Source: a virus
Taxonomy: Duplodnaviria; Caudoviricetes
Reading direction: 5' to 3' (one strand)
Virus record (IMG/VR): IMGVR_UViG_3300037515_000973
Coordinates: 1 to 63,775 of that record
Length of the DNA stretch: 63,775 bases
In this document: piece by piece, positions 27,138 to 37,393 of the stretch
How the letters are laid out: every line of letters starts with the position of its first letter
Position numbering within the stretch: the first letter of the stretch is position 1
Program-made: the position numbers and the translations under genes
Notes under the pieces: model-generated
What the model was told of the DNA's origin: nothing
Seen by the model: only the letters and a program-made list of their open reading frames with translations
The model's database searches: none

Positions 27138-30100
27138 ATGGAAGCACAGCGACGGTATCAACGCGACTTTGAGACGATTGACGATTTGGACGATTTCGTT
27201 TTGTTCCAGCAACAGGAAAACGGGCTCACATTTCATTGGGATAGAGTCAGAAAAACGGCCTGGATTATCACCGACGAAGAAACCGAGGCCAGCCTCTACG
27301 AGGAGGAAATTCATCAGGACGACGCCTAACTCATCCAGCAGCCCCCGCTGCGGCGGGGCCACACACAGGAGCAGGAGCATGCAGATTGTTATTTTGCAAG
27401 AAACGGGCCAGATTGATATCCCCGCCACCCGTGCAGCCTACCTGGCGCACGGTCAACCGCGCAGGCGCCTGCTCGCGCACCTGCTGGCCAAAATCCGGGC
27501 GGTGTGTCCGGATCTGGATCAAGAGGAGGTCAAGACACAGACCCGCCTGGCAGCCAACGCGATCTTTGTGGCGACGCACGAACGGCCGTTACCCCTCAGG
27601 CACAAAGGCTTGCGCCTGCGCTAACATCTCACCCCCGCTCCGGCGGGGCTTACCAGAGGAGAACAAAAAATGGAAATCTACACGATCGCGTATGACGGCA
27701 TCTTGCTTTGGGCAGGTCCGGCGTGCAACGCAGCGCATGCCCTCAATATACATGCGCGCGACATTGGCTATGGCACATTCCGTGACTTAGCTCTCCTGGC
27801 AGAGCCACCCTACGACGCCGACACGACGACGGAAGCAGCGCATCTCGCAGAGGTGCGAAAACGGTATGCTGTGGAAATGAGCAGCCAGCCGTCAGGAGAG
27901 GAACAATGAAACAACAGTCTATGAGACGACATTTAAATTTCTCCGATAAACTTGACGTCATCTATGCGGCCTCTATCCTCGGCCGCGCCTTAAAGAAACA
28001 ACAAGACCGATCACACGATCCTTGCTGGAGTGTGTATTTCCAGCACCTCCAGAACGCGCTGGAGGCGCTGGATCAGGTCTGGCCGCACGACGACGCAGAA
28101 CCCGAGTAACCCAGCCGCGTCTGACGTGACGCAGTCAGGTCATGCGGTACGGCTTCTCAGGACGGACACGGGCGACGGATTCCAACAGGGCACACTCCAG
28201 GAGCCGGAGCGATCGATCACTGGAGACGCGGAGTTGGTGCAACCCCGGAACGGCAGTTCCCCGCCCTGAGGCTCTGCCTCTCAGAGGCGGAGCCTCAAAG
28301 GAGTAACGAAAGTGGAAAATCTCACGATCACAGGTCACCTTTTTGAAATGCCGACCGATGGGGGATATGTCTATGAGGTCTTGACCTCAGGACAGAGACG
28401 GCAGATATGCGAGGGAGGTGGACTGATGGGGAGTACACTCAGGGCCACGCCAGAGACTTTTAAAGTGATCTGCCAGAAGTGGCTGAGACAGCGCAATAGA
28501 CTATAAGAGTACACCATCCACCCCCCGCCCCCTTCGAGGCGGGCACAGGAGTAGATCATGACGATGCTACAAATAAAAAGCCCGAGCGGGTTCTACGTCA
28601 CCGCTGTGCGCGGTGACGGCACGGGAGATCTCAAGCACTTTTGGCTGCTCAAGAGTGCGTTGGGATGGCTTATTACGCAGCATGCCGTCCACGCGATTCT
28701 GAGCGTGGACGGCTACGCCAACGTATCGATCTAAAAAAAAATGAAAGCAGAACATATCGAATTACAATTTTCTCTAGCGATTGACAACAACCATGTGATC
28801 GGGAGCTATACCCCAGGGATGGGGTATAGCACGGTCCTCACCATCGGGGGAGAGGCGATGCACGATGATGGAGAGGGGGAGCTCTCCGCCCCCATCCCCC
28901 AGAGGGGGGAGACCTTTGATTTGGCTCTCCCCAGTGGGTGTTTCCAGGGGGCAGTCATCTACCGCTCTCACCTATCCCCTCTTCTCTACAAGGTCACGGT
29001 CCGTGGGGTATGGTCGGGCACATACGGCGGCCTAGTCGGTGGGCTGAGTGCCTTCGGTGCGTTTGAGCTGCTCTCTTCAAATTTTATCCTCACCACCTCC
29101 TGGAGTGGCCACCCGATCACATGGCGCCAGTATCAGGCCCTCCGCGCCATCCGTAATAATTTTTTGGATGGGGAGGGAACAGCCGCCGTGGCCGCCATGG
29201 AAAAAAAAGAAAGATATTGGAAGGAGCAGGCAGATGAGATACACGGACAAGGAGATGGAGCAGGCCCTGTGTCGGTGGAGACAGAAAAATGTTGACGTAC
29301 GCGATTTACGCATGGCTCTGATGGCCTTATCGCTCTATGCCACGGCGGAGGAACTCATAGCCATTTTCCCAGGAACACACCATGACCCCCCCACACGGAA
29401 GCAGCTGCAAAGTGAGTTTCAAAATGTTTAATAAAGACAAGAGAATCGGCCGCTATCTGGTTGATATTGGCATTATCATAGGCATCGCTCTGTTGTTCGG
29501 GGGATGTGCCCATCATCCCCTGTTTGCCAACTATCAACCGCCTCCTTACCGGCACTCCGAATACGATTACTATCAGACACGACGACACCAAGAGCGACAA
29601 ACAGACTTACTCAAAACGTTGAGGCGCCAACAAAAATATGTGGATTTTCGGCGGGGGATATTGCAGCGCCAACACCTGCGGAACTCATTGAAGAAACCCT
29701 ATACTCACGTACCGAGGAGAAGATAATGACTGAGTGGATGCTCGAATACCTCAATACTGACCTTGTCATTACGGGCCCTGGGCAACTCCAAATCGTGCTG
29801 CAAGAATTTGATCCTGACCGTCTGCGATCGGACCACATTCTGCCCCCGGAGGTGCTGGGCGACTTGCAGCAGGGTGGCTGGTCCTATGAGCTAGAGCCAG
29901 GCGTCACACTCCAGCTCATTTCCACACGAAGCCGGCATCATCCGGGATCTGCACTCCACGTGTTGCATGTGGGCAGGCAGGTCAGTTGGACGCTGCCGGC
30001 TGAATTTGGCGCACAGCTGGGCCGATTAAAAACCTACCCTTGAGTAGCGACCACCATTGAGACTGAAGCACGAGCAGGAGCAGGAGCACAGAAAGGAGAA

Positions 30101-31920
30101 ACGCACATGAAACTGAAACGCGTTGGAAAATATGAGGAACATGGCCCAAGAGGAAATCACGATTGGGGCTTGTCGTTGGAAGCCGTTGACCCCGTAGGGA
30201 GCCGGAGATTCGTACAGGTCAGTTTTATGCTCCTCAATCAACAACAACGTGACTTATTTCGTTGGGGAGAAGTGGTCGAGCTCCCATTTGTCAGCGACAG
30301 TGACTTGCGAGAGCGATTGTAAAACCACTGGCCGCCGAGGCGTCACCAAAAACAGGCGGATTTCCGGCGGGGAATCGTACAGCGCCAACAACTGCGCGCA
30401 GTACGCAGGCCGATAAACAGCGAAAGGAGACTTTAATGAACATCCAAGATCTGAAGAGAGACCTCGCGGACAGAGACGACCTCATCACCCTGCTCCGCAC
30501 CATGGACAAAACCTTCCGGGACGCAGGCTACGATGAGGACATGAGCCCCTTCCTGGAGGCGGCGGCGGCGTGCGTGACGACAAGCCAACGCCAGCTGTGC
30601 GACGCCATCGAGGAGGTCATCACCTTCGGCCTCTACACGATTTGGCGCGCCAAGGGCCGCCCCGATCCGCTCTGCCTGACGGAGCAGGAATGGGCGCAGT
30701 GCGAGAGCTGGCAGCAGCGCTCGCAGCTGTCCCTGCCAGCGGTCCTGCGCGCCTACCTGGAGCAGGCCCCGGCCACGAAAGGAAAAACACTCGCATGAAC
30801 ACGTTTGCTTCCATCAGTTTGATCGGGACCGTGTGTCTGGGGGCTTTCGGCAGCAGTGGGTGTACCCTGCAAACAGGAGGACGGCATGAATTACCGCGCC
30901 TGGAGGCGGCCGCGCAGGCGCACGCACAGGGGCAGGGCACAGGCGCCGATAAAATTATCTATGCAACCGGTGACATGAACATTCCCTATCGGACGCTGGG
31001 CGAGGTGTCCTTTGACACGACCAAGTACATCAATATGAGTAGTCTCCTCTATGATTCTTTTGCGCGGTCCCGGTTGGAACGCGCCGTCGCGGGATGGACG
31101 CGAAAATTGACGCCGCAGGGCATGGCGCAGAAACTCAAAGAACTGGCCTATGCGGCATACGGCAACCAATGTGATGCCATTATTCACGCGACCTATACCG
31201 AAAATGTACAGACCGGGGACGCGTATGGGCATGGGATCGCCGTCATGTATATCGATCAACAACACAAATAGGGAGCACATAGTATGAAACTACACACCCG
31301 GCGCAGTCGCGCCGCAACCGTCGTCACAGACTGGTACAATCAGTGGAATATCTATGCAAATACCGAGAGCAGCAGGCATCGCATGTACGAAGACTTGTCT
31401 GCACTCGGTCCTGATCCGGACCCAGATGTAGTGGATGCCATCATAGGAAATAGCACATGGACGCGATGTCACTGTGATGAGTGCGACGAAGACTTTGAAA
31501 TGGTGATCGAACTGGGGGAAGAGCGATATTATGAATCTGCCACGGCGTGCATCTGTCAGGAATGTCTCCTGGCGGCGCTGGCGCTCTTTCACACACACGC
31601 AGGAGAGTAGTCCCTTGAAAAAACCCAGTCCGTATCTTCAACAACTGTATGATTTAGGCACGATCCATGGCATGATTTTTAGCTATCGACAAGTCGGGGA
31701 TGATACCGCCATGACGTGCGTTGAATTTATAGGATCAGAGCGTCGGTTGACAGGCGAGTGGCAACACTATCGAGACTATCTCGAAATTGGTCCTGACCAC
31801 TGTTCTCTTGCGCGCCTCCGGCGACCGTGTGTCCAAGAGGTCGAGGCCTGGGAAAAATTTGAGGCGGCCAATGCTGCTGAGCTTACGGAATATGCACGGC
31901 TGAAAAAGAAGTTTACATAA
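27138..31920 (+). other. Strip of small early/accessory hypothetical genes, including two predicted lipoproteins (29424-29726, 30795-31271)
   Basis: Co-directional short ORFs with AGGAG RBSs (27138, 27379, 27670, 27906, 28312, 29234, 30107, 30436, 31284); lipobox-like LFGGC and SSGC. Confidence 0.6.
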
Positions 31921-31927
31921 TCGTCCC

Positions 31928-32248
31928 TCAGAGGTCACGGTGTGTGATATCTCCTTTTTCTTCTTTCTTCGTGATCTCTTTGGTGGACAGGAGATCTTCT
32001 TTCTGCCGGTTCTCCATGTTCTGACGCTCCTCTAATTTCCCCCGCGCGATAAAACTGGATTCAAAGAGTCGTTTGAATTCATCCATCCGGCTGTTGACGG
32101 CCTGGTGTGTCTCTTGCGTCTGCGTCTTGATTTTGGCGGCGATAATGGCGGCAATACCAGACAACACGGCCGTGACCAGTACGCCGAGTGCCGTGACCAG
32201 TACGCCGAGTGCCGTGATGATTTCGATCAGTGTGGGAGACATGTTCAT
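31928..32248 (-). CDS. Single-TM holin-like membrane protein
   Basis: Hydrophobic N-terminus with a 21-bp duplication (TALGVLV x2), then HQAVNSRMD and a charged tail. Confidence 0.5.
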   Translation of the reverse strand: MNMSPTLIEIITALGVLVTALGVLVTAVLSGIAAIIAAKIKTQTQETHQAVNSRMDEFKRLFESSFIARGKLEERQNMENRQKEDLLSTKEITKKEEKGDITHRDL

Positions 32249-32346
32249 GACAAATGACGGGAACCGACGCATCCTCACTACCCAACGAGCCCGGTTTCTT
32301 CTTCTGCGTGGTCAGTATCGGCGTATCGGCGTATCGGCGTATCGAA

Positions 32347-33075
32347 CTACCGCTTTCTCATCACCCCAACGAAAGTCCGTTGCCCATCTATGACGCGATC
32401 ACCGAACGAAATCGTGATCGGCACTTCTGTGCCCCGCGCTGTGATCATCGCCACCTGGACGCGAGACCAATCGAGATGCCTCTTCCCCGTCGCCACATAG
32501 TCAGCAAAGCTCTTCCGGTGCCGAGCGACAAGATAGGTGGGCATCAGCTTTTCGATCGAGTGGCCTATCAACTCCTGCGCCGCATACCCTGACAAGAGAC
32601 ACACCACCGCATTAGCGTATGTCATGATACCGGTGGCATCCATCTGGATAATGCCGTCGGCGGCCACGTCTGCGACCGAGTCAACCGTCGCGGCTGTCGC
32701 CGCCGCCAAGACCTCTTTGGCCACCCCGCGTGCCGTTTCCAACACGCCTTCTGCAGCATCTGTCTTGCGGATGCGCTCCTCGTGTATCCCTTGCGTGCGG
32801 CCTTGCACCAACGCGGCCGCGACGTCCACGACTGCCTTTGCTTCCACCAGTCTCCGATATTCCGTCAGGCGCCCATCAATCTCTGCCTTCATCGTCCCGA
32901 CCTTCGTATCAATAGCGCCGACTTTTTGATTGCCTTCCGCCATGACCTCGGCCACGCGGTCTATTTTGCGATCCATGCGGAGCGCATTAATAATGTTGAC
33001 CAAGACCACACCCATGATGGTGATGATCGCGATCCACTCGCTTGCACTAAACTGGAACAGCACGATCTCCGTCAT
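32347..33075 (-). CDS. Membrane protein with coiled coil and C-terminal FixL-like PAS domain
   Basis: N-terminal TM; DGIIQMDATGIMTYAN...GY...ELIGHSIEKLMP...H...GTEVPITIS...FVGVMR. Confidence 0.8.
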   Translation of the reverse strand: MTEIVLFQFSASEWIAIITIMGVVLVNIINALRMDRKIDRVAEVMAEGNQKVGAIDTKVGTMKAEIDGRLTEYRRLVEAKAVVDVAAALVQGRTQGIHEERIRKTDAAEGVLETARGVAKEVLAAATAATVDSVADVAADGIIQMDATGIMTYANAVVCLLSGYAAQELIGHSIEKLMPTYLVARHRKSFADYVATGKRHLDWSRVQVAMITARGTEVPITISFGDRVIDGQRTFVGVMRKR

Positions 33076-33287
33076 GGGAAGATGACCCTTCTGTGTAGTT
33101 GACCGTTCTGGGCGGCCCCCGCTGTTTTGACGCCTGCACGGAGGGTGATCAGACCACCCCCCAGCAGGAGCGTCCGGAGTTGGGCGCCCGTGTCGGCATC
33201 AATAAAATTGAGATATTCTGCCGCAGCCGTGACGCCCAACAGGGCGCCGACAATATAGGTTTTATAGCCTGACAACAAGGTTCTCAA
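33072..33287 (-). CDS. Holin-like small membrane protein
   Basis: SGYKTYIVGAL...GLITLRAGV, two hydrophobic segments. Confidence 0.55.
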   Translation of the reverse strand: MRTLLSGYKTYIVGALLGVTAAAEYLNFIDADTGAQLRTLLLGGGLITLRAGVKTAGAAQNGQLHRRVIFP

Positions 33288-33838
33288 CCTCCTATTTTCG
33301 CGACCATTTTGCGCAAGAGTTTTTTATGCTCACTCAATATCCATGAGGCACGAATCCCACAGTGTTCCCGTTCTGCTGGGGTCAGTGGGGCGCCATCTGC
33401 CAAGGCAATCCCGCGCAGACTCGGGGCCAAGCCGCGATACCGAGGAGATCTCACAATCTGTTCACACAGCTGATGCAGGATATCACGTGCTTCCACACGG
33501 GCCTCCTCCTGTATCGTCGCGTCTGCCTGCCACTCGTCAAGCGGCACAAAATCGACCACCCGGGGGATGTGTTCTTTTGTGCCGCGATGCGTGACGCCAA
33601 ACCGCCATAAACACCACGCGTCCATCATGGCATTCCAGACCCGGTCCCACCGTTTCGCGTCTGGCAGGTGTGGGTAGGTATAAAATGCCACCCAACCTGC
33701 CATCTCTAGATCCTGGACAAACTCCTCTGCCTCATGGGCGCGAAATTTCATCCGGCGAACGATCTTCCAGGCAAACCGATGCATATGGTCTTGTTCTTCT
33801 GGTGTCGGTGGCGGAAAACCGCCACCCTCAGGCGTCAT
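33284..33838 (-). CDS. Hypothetical protein, weakly sigma-factor-like
   Basis: AWKIVRR...QDLEMAGWVAF resembles sigma region 2. Confidence 0.35.
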   Translation of the reverse strand: MTPEGGGFPPPTPEEQDHMHRFAWKIVRRMKFRAHEAEEFVQDLEMAGWVAFYTYPHLPDAKRWDRVWNAMMDAWCLWRFGVTHRGTKEHIPRVVDFVPLDEWQADATIQEEARVEARDILHQLCEQIVRSPRYRGLAPSLRGIALADGAPLTPAEREHCGIRASWILSEHKKLLRKMVAKIGG

Positions 33839-34154
33839 GGTGTGGTCACTCCCTCGTGGGCTAGTGTAATTTCTGTTCGTGTGCGATCAGATCGTCCGGT
33901 GAGACGCCCAGCATAGCCAGCAGCGTGGCATCGAGATCACTCAGAGACACGGCGCGTGCGTCTGCCAACGTGCCCGTGCCAGGCATGATCAGGAAGTGTC
34001 CATCGGCCAGGCGCGTAATAGACACCACGGCGGGAGCGGTCGTCGCCGCGTCCCCCGTTTTGTCTCTGCCACGCTGGAGACCGTCGAGAAAGGCCTCAGA
34101 TAACTTTTGAATAACGTCCGCCGTGTGTGTGGGTTTCATTTTTTTCCTCCTGCT

Positions 34155-34667
34155 TCAAAAATTCGCGATATCCATACGGGCATGCATGACTAACCATGCC
34201 CGTATGGTACTGAGCGGCTGCAAGGCCGCTAACACGTCCTCTATGGTCACCCGTTTGACGGTTATAGATGCCCCATCCAATTGCATCAACAGCTGGGCGC
34301 GATCAACCGCTTGCCAGTCAAAACTGAGTTGCAGAGACCCGACAAGATTATCGCCTCCCGTGTTCGGGAAATCTAATAGAAAAACATGGGACCGCAAGAC
34401 TTCTGGCGCCTCCCGAGGCGCACTCTGCTCTAAATCTTCCAGGAACAGATGAATGGGGAGGAAGATCTGATCGAGCCCCGCTTTCGCCGCCGCCGGGGTC
34501 GCATACGACATGGTAAAGGTTTTCGCCCCGAAGGCGCCGCTCACGACATAGGTGATCGGATCGGTATCCAGATTGAGAGCCACTTGAAAATGCCCGGCAA
34601 TCGACTGATTGGGTGCCAGCGTCAGGACAAAATCGTGTCTATGTCGCATGTTGGCCATGGTCCTCAC
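34155..34667 (-). CDS. Hypothetical protein downstream of the tail fibre
   Basis: Overlaps the stop of the fibre gene. Confidence 0.5.
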   Translation of the reverse strand: MRTMANMRHRHDFVLTLAPNQSIAGHFQVALNLDTDPITYVVSGAFGAKTFTMSYATPAAAKAGLDQIFLPIHLFLEDLEQSAPREAPEVLRSHVFLLDFPNTGGDNLVGSLQLSFDWQAVDRAQLLMQLDGASITVKRVTIEDVLAALQPLSTIRAWLVMHARMDIANF

Positions 34668-36121
34668 GCCTCCTCAAGCTGTTCGATGCGGGCGATGAGC
34701 GGGGTAATCAGCTGATGCAACGCCTGAATACTCAGTGTGAGATACCCCGCCACATTGGACGGATTGAGCACTTTGTTCTGGTCCATCCCAAAATGGGGGC
34801 TATAATCCGTGACCGGCCCCGTAAACACCTCGCCCTGATATTTGCGGATGCCGTTTTCATTTTCCTTGTACTGAAAGTCGTAAATCGGCGTGTCGAGGAC
34901 CGCTTGTAAGGCCGGGAACGGATCGTGCCATTGTTGTAAGAGATCCTTCGCCGCCAGCTGACTCGTCTGCGTTCCCACGACCTGCCCACCTAAATCACCC
35001 GTTCCCACGGGCTGGCCTGCCGCCGAGCGCCAATCCCCGACATCATCAGGCCATAAATACCGGAATGCACCACCCTTCATGTACACTAAGAGATGTCCTG
35101 CGCCAGGACTCGTCGTATTGGTATTCCGTTCCAACCGGAGTTGTGTTCCTAACGCATCGTTCCCAAAATCGGCTGCGTTTAACGTCAAACGGTTTTGTGT
35201 TGCCGTTGTGGTAAAAGACCCCCGCGTGACACCATCGTACTGCCAGCGTTGCAGAGAAGCCGTTGCCCCAACAATGGCATTCAAGATAACGCCAAGCGTG
35301 CCCGATGCAGCTTGTTTTATGGCTCCCCGAATGATGACATTGCCATTGACATCGAGGAGTTCCTGTGGGCTGATCGTATTGATTCCCACATTTCCGCTTT
35401 CCCGAATCCGCATGGCCTCGGTCACCGTGCCGGCGCGCGCGGTGTAAAAGAGCAGGCTCCCCTCATGCGCGCCCGCCGTATCCACTTGCATCATTCCGAC
35501 GAGTCGCGCAGTTGCGACCACGGTTCCCGCTGCGTCTTGCCCTCTGAAATAGAGATTTCCTGATTGGACTGTACTGCCCGGCGTCGTTGCCCCATTTTCC
35601 AGATACAATGTCGCCGTCCCAACTCCTACCGGGTTGAGCACACGCATCGATGCGCCGACGACATCTAATTTGAGACCAGGCGCGGCCGTTCCAATACCGA
35701 CATTTTGTGCACTATTGATCACCAGGGCCACAGTGCCGCCGGTGGTGAGGGTGAGTTCATTGGATGCGGTCCGCGTGATGGACGTATCCGTATCCCCGGT
35801 AAACGTCATGCCCCCCGTCGCACCTGTCGCAAACTGCGTGGCCGTGCTCATCTGCGTCGGCCCTGTCAAACTGATAATGCCCGTCCCACTGACCGTCGCG
35901 GCAAAGTTATTATTGACCGGCACCGTCACGCCAAACGCCGCCGCCGGCGCAATGTTGGCCATCGTACTGCCTAGGCCCCCGAGCGATTCCTTGAGGAACG
36001 GGCCCGTCTGAAACCAGGTTTCCACTAAGTCCACATTGAAAATGATGGAATCGGCATTCCAGGTCGCGTGCCCGGCGTCGGTTTTTTGCAGGCCAGTAAT
36101 CGGCTTGACAGTAATGGCCAT
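34664..36121 (-). CDS. Tail fibre with C-terminal intramolecular chaperone (peptidase S74-like)
   Basis: NVGIGT.AP..KLDV repeats; TS...KD...AL......YDFQYK...IQAL..L..RIEQLE. Confidence 0.75.
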   Translation of the reverse strand: MAITVKPITGLQKTDAGHATWNADSIIFNVDLVETWFQTGPFLKESLGGLGSTMANIAPAAAFGVTVPVNNNFAATVSGTGIISLTGPTQMSTATQFATGATGGMTFTGDTDTSITRTASNELTLTTGGTVALVINSAQNVGIGTAAPGLKLDVVGASMRVLNPVGVGTATLYLENGATTPGSTVQSGNLYFRGQDAAGTVVATARLVGMMQVDTAGAHEGSLLFYTARAGTVTEAMRIRESGNVGINTISPQELLDVNGNVIIRGAIKQAASGTLGVILNAIVGATASLQRWQYDGVTRGSFTTTATQNRLTLNAADFGNDALGTQLRLERNTNTTSPGAGHLLVYMKGGAFRYLWPDDVGDWRSAAGQPVGTGDLGGQVVGTQTSQLAAKDLLQQWHDPFPALQAVLDTPIYDFQYKENENGIRKYQGEVFTGPVTDYSPHFGMDQNKVLNPSNVAGYLTLSIQALHQLITPLIARIEQLEEA

Positions 36122-36124
36122 ATC

Positions 36125-36478
36125 TTATTCCTTTGCCGGCGCTTTGACCCACACCCGATGCACCATATCAATGCCGTCACTGTCTGTTTTGCCATGTGCT
36201 GTGCGGGCCTGATCGAGTGCCGCATTCCAGGTCTGTTCCTTGTCGTGGGCAATCGCTCCCTGCGCCTGAAGTTGGTCCTGTAATCGCAATGTCTTTTGGA
36301 CTTCGACCTGATAGTCGAGCCACGCCACTTGCAGGCGCAGGAACAGATCATCGGCAATGGTGTCGGGGGACTCTTTTTCGGCGTGACGGTCCTGATCTGA
36401 CGGAGGAACGTCATACCCGGTGTCACGGACGTACATGCGTTCCCGTTCTATCATCTTGTTCTCCCCGTCGCGTGTCAC
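36125..36478 (-). CDS. Hypothetical tail-region protein
   Basis: Operonic position. Confidence 0.5.
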   Translation of the reverse strand: MTRDGENKMIERERMYVRDTGYDVPPSDQDRHAEKESPDTIADDLFLRLQVAWLDYQVEVQKTLRLQDQLQAQGAIAHDKEQTWNAALDQARTAHGKTDSDGIDMVHRVWVKAPAKE

Positions 36479-37392
36479 AGACTTTCCACGATGGTAAATC
36501 CTACCATATCCACTGTACTCGTTCCGCCCCGTCCTGCCAACACATCCGTGGCAGGGAGTTCCGTAAACGTCCCGTACAGCATGGTCCGCAGCATTTCATA
36601 CCCTGCCGCGCTTGCCACGTTGCTCAGATGGCTGGCACTCGCCGGCGGTTGCAAGATCACAAAATACGGATCGCGCGTGCCGTGTTGCTCGAACCAATAG
36701 GCTAACGTTTTCCAGGCTTCGCTTGCCTCAAAGAGGGCAAACGAGAAGGAGAGCTGCACATGCTGCACGCCTGGGTTGATCGTATCGGCCCCGGAGAGGC
36801 TCTGTTGTTTGGTGCTGCTATCAAGAATGGAACGGCTCACCCGATCCGTCAGGCCCGCCGCCGTCGTGGGGACTTCCCAGAGGGTGGCCAGGATCGGAAT
36901 GGAGACGCTGATCATATCATCATCATTGGTGAGAGACACACGCCAGTACCGATGATTGATCGGCGTGGCAAACAGGACATAATAGGGCGGATGCGCCGGG
37001 TATTGTCGCACATCGGGTGTCGGATATTCGTCCGCTCCGCGTTCATCGGCGCCAAACCCATCTGCCCCATCACTCGTCAGGGGACTAAAAATGGCAATCG
37101 TTTGCTGGGTCGTGTAGCCGGCTCCCACCGTGGCCTTGCTTTTCCAAACCACGCGACCCGCAACAGACAGGCTATCCGCAAACACGGAGGCAAAGGTGAT
37201 ATTGTAGGGACCACGAGGACCGAGATCGAAATCAATATCGACACTCGTCGCTGCAAAGAGCGTCGCCAGTCCACGTCGGCTATCGTTCATGTCTGACAAG
37301 TCATTCAGGGGCGTCTGACTTGCTGTGATGGTGGCGGATAACACCCGATTCAGCATCGGGGACACCATTTTGGCGTGTGTCGTAATGGCCAT
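36475..37392 (-). CDS. Minor tail protein
   Basis: DIDFDLG, RYWRV beta-sandwich motifs; position after the tape measure. Confidence 0.6.
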   Translation of the reverse strand: MAITTHAKMVSPMLNRVLSATITASQTPLNDLSDMNDSRRGLATLFAATSVDIDFDLGPRGPYNITFASVFADSLSVAGRVVWKSKATVGAGYTTQQTIAIFSPLTSDGADGFGADERGADEYPTPDVRQYPAHPPYYVLFATPINHRYWRVSLTNDDDMISVSIPILATLWEVPTTAAGLTDRVSRSILDSSTKQQSLSGADTINPGVQHVQLSFSFALFEASEAWKTLAYWFEQHGTRDPYFVILQPPASASHLSNVASAAGYEMLRTMLYGTFTELPATDVLAGRGGTSTVDMVGFTIVESL

Positions 37393-37393
37393 G

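Noticed and set aside
32315-32344. (gtatcggc)n 8-bp tandem repeat
   Set aside because: A short slippage-type repeat with no supportable function.
34664-36121. Diversity-generating retroelement or invertible tail-fibre cassette
   Set aside because: No reverse transcriptase, TR/VR pair or invertase was seen.
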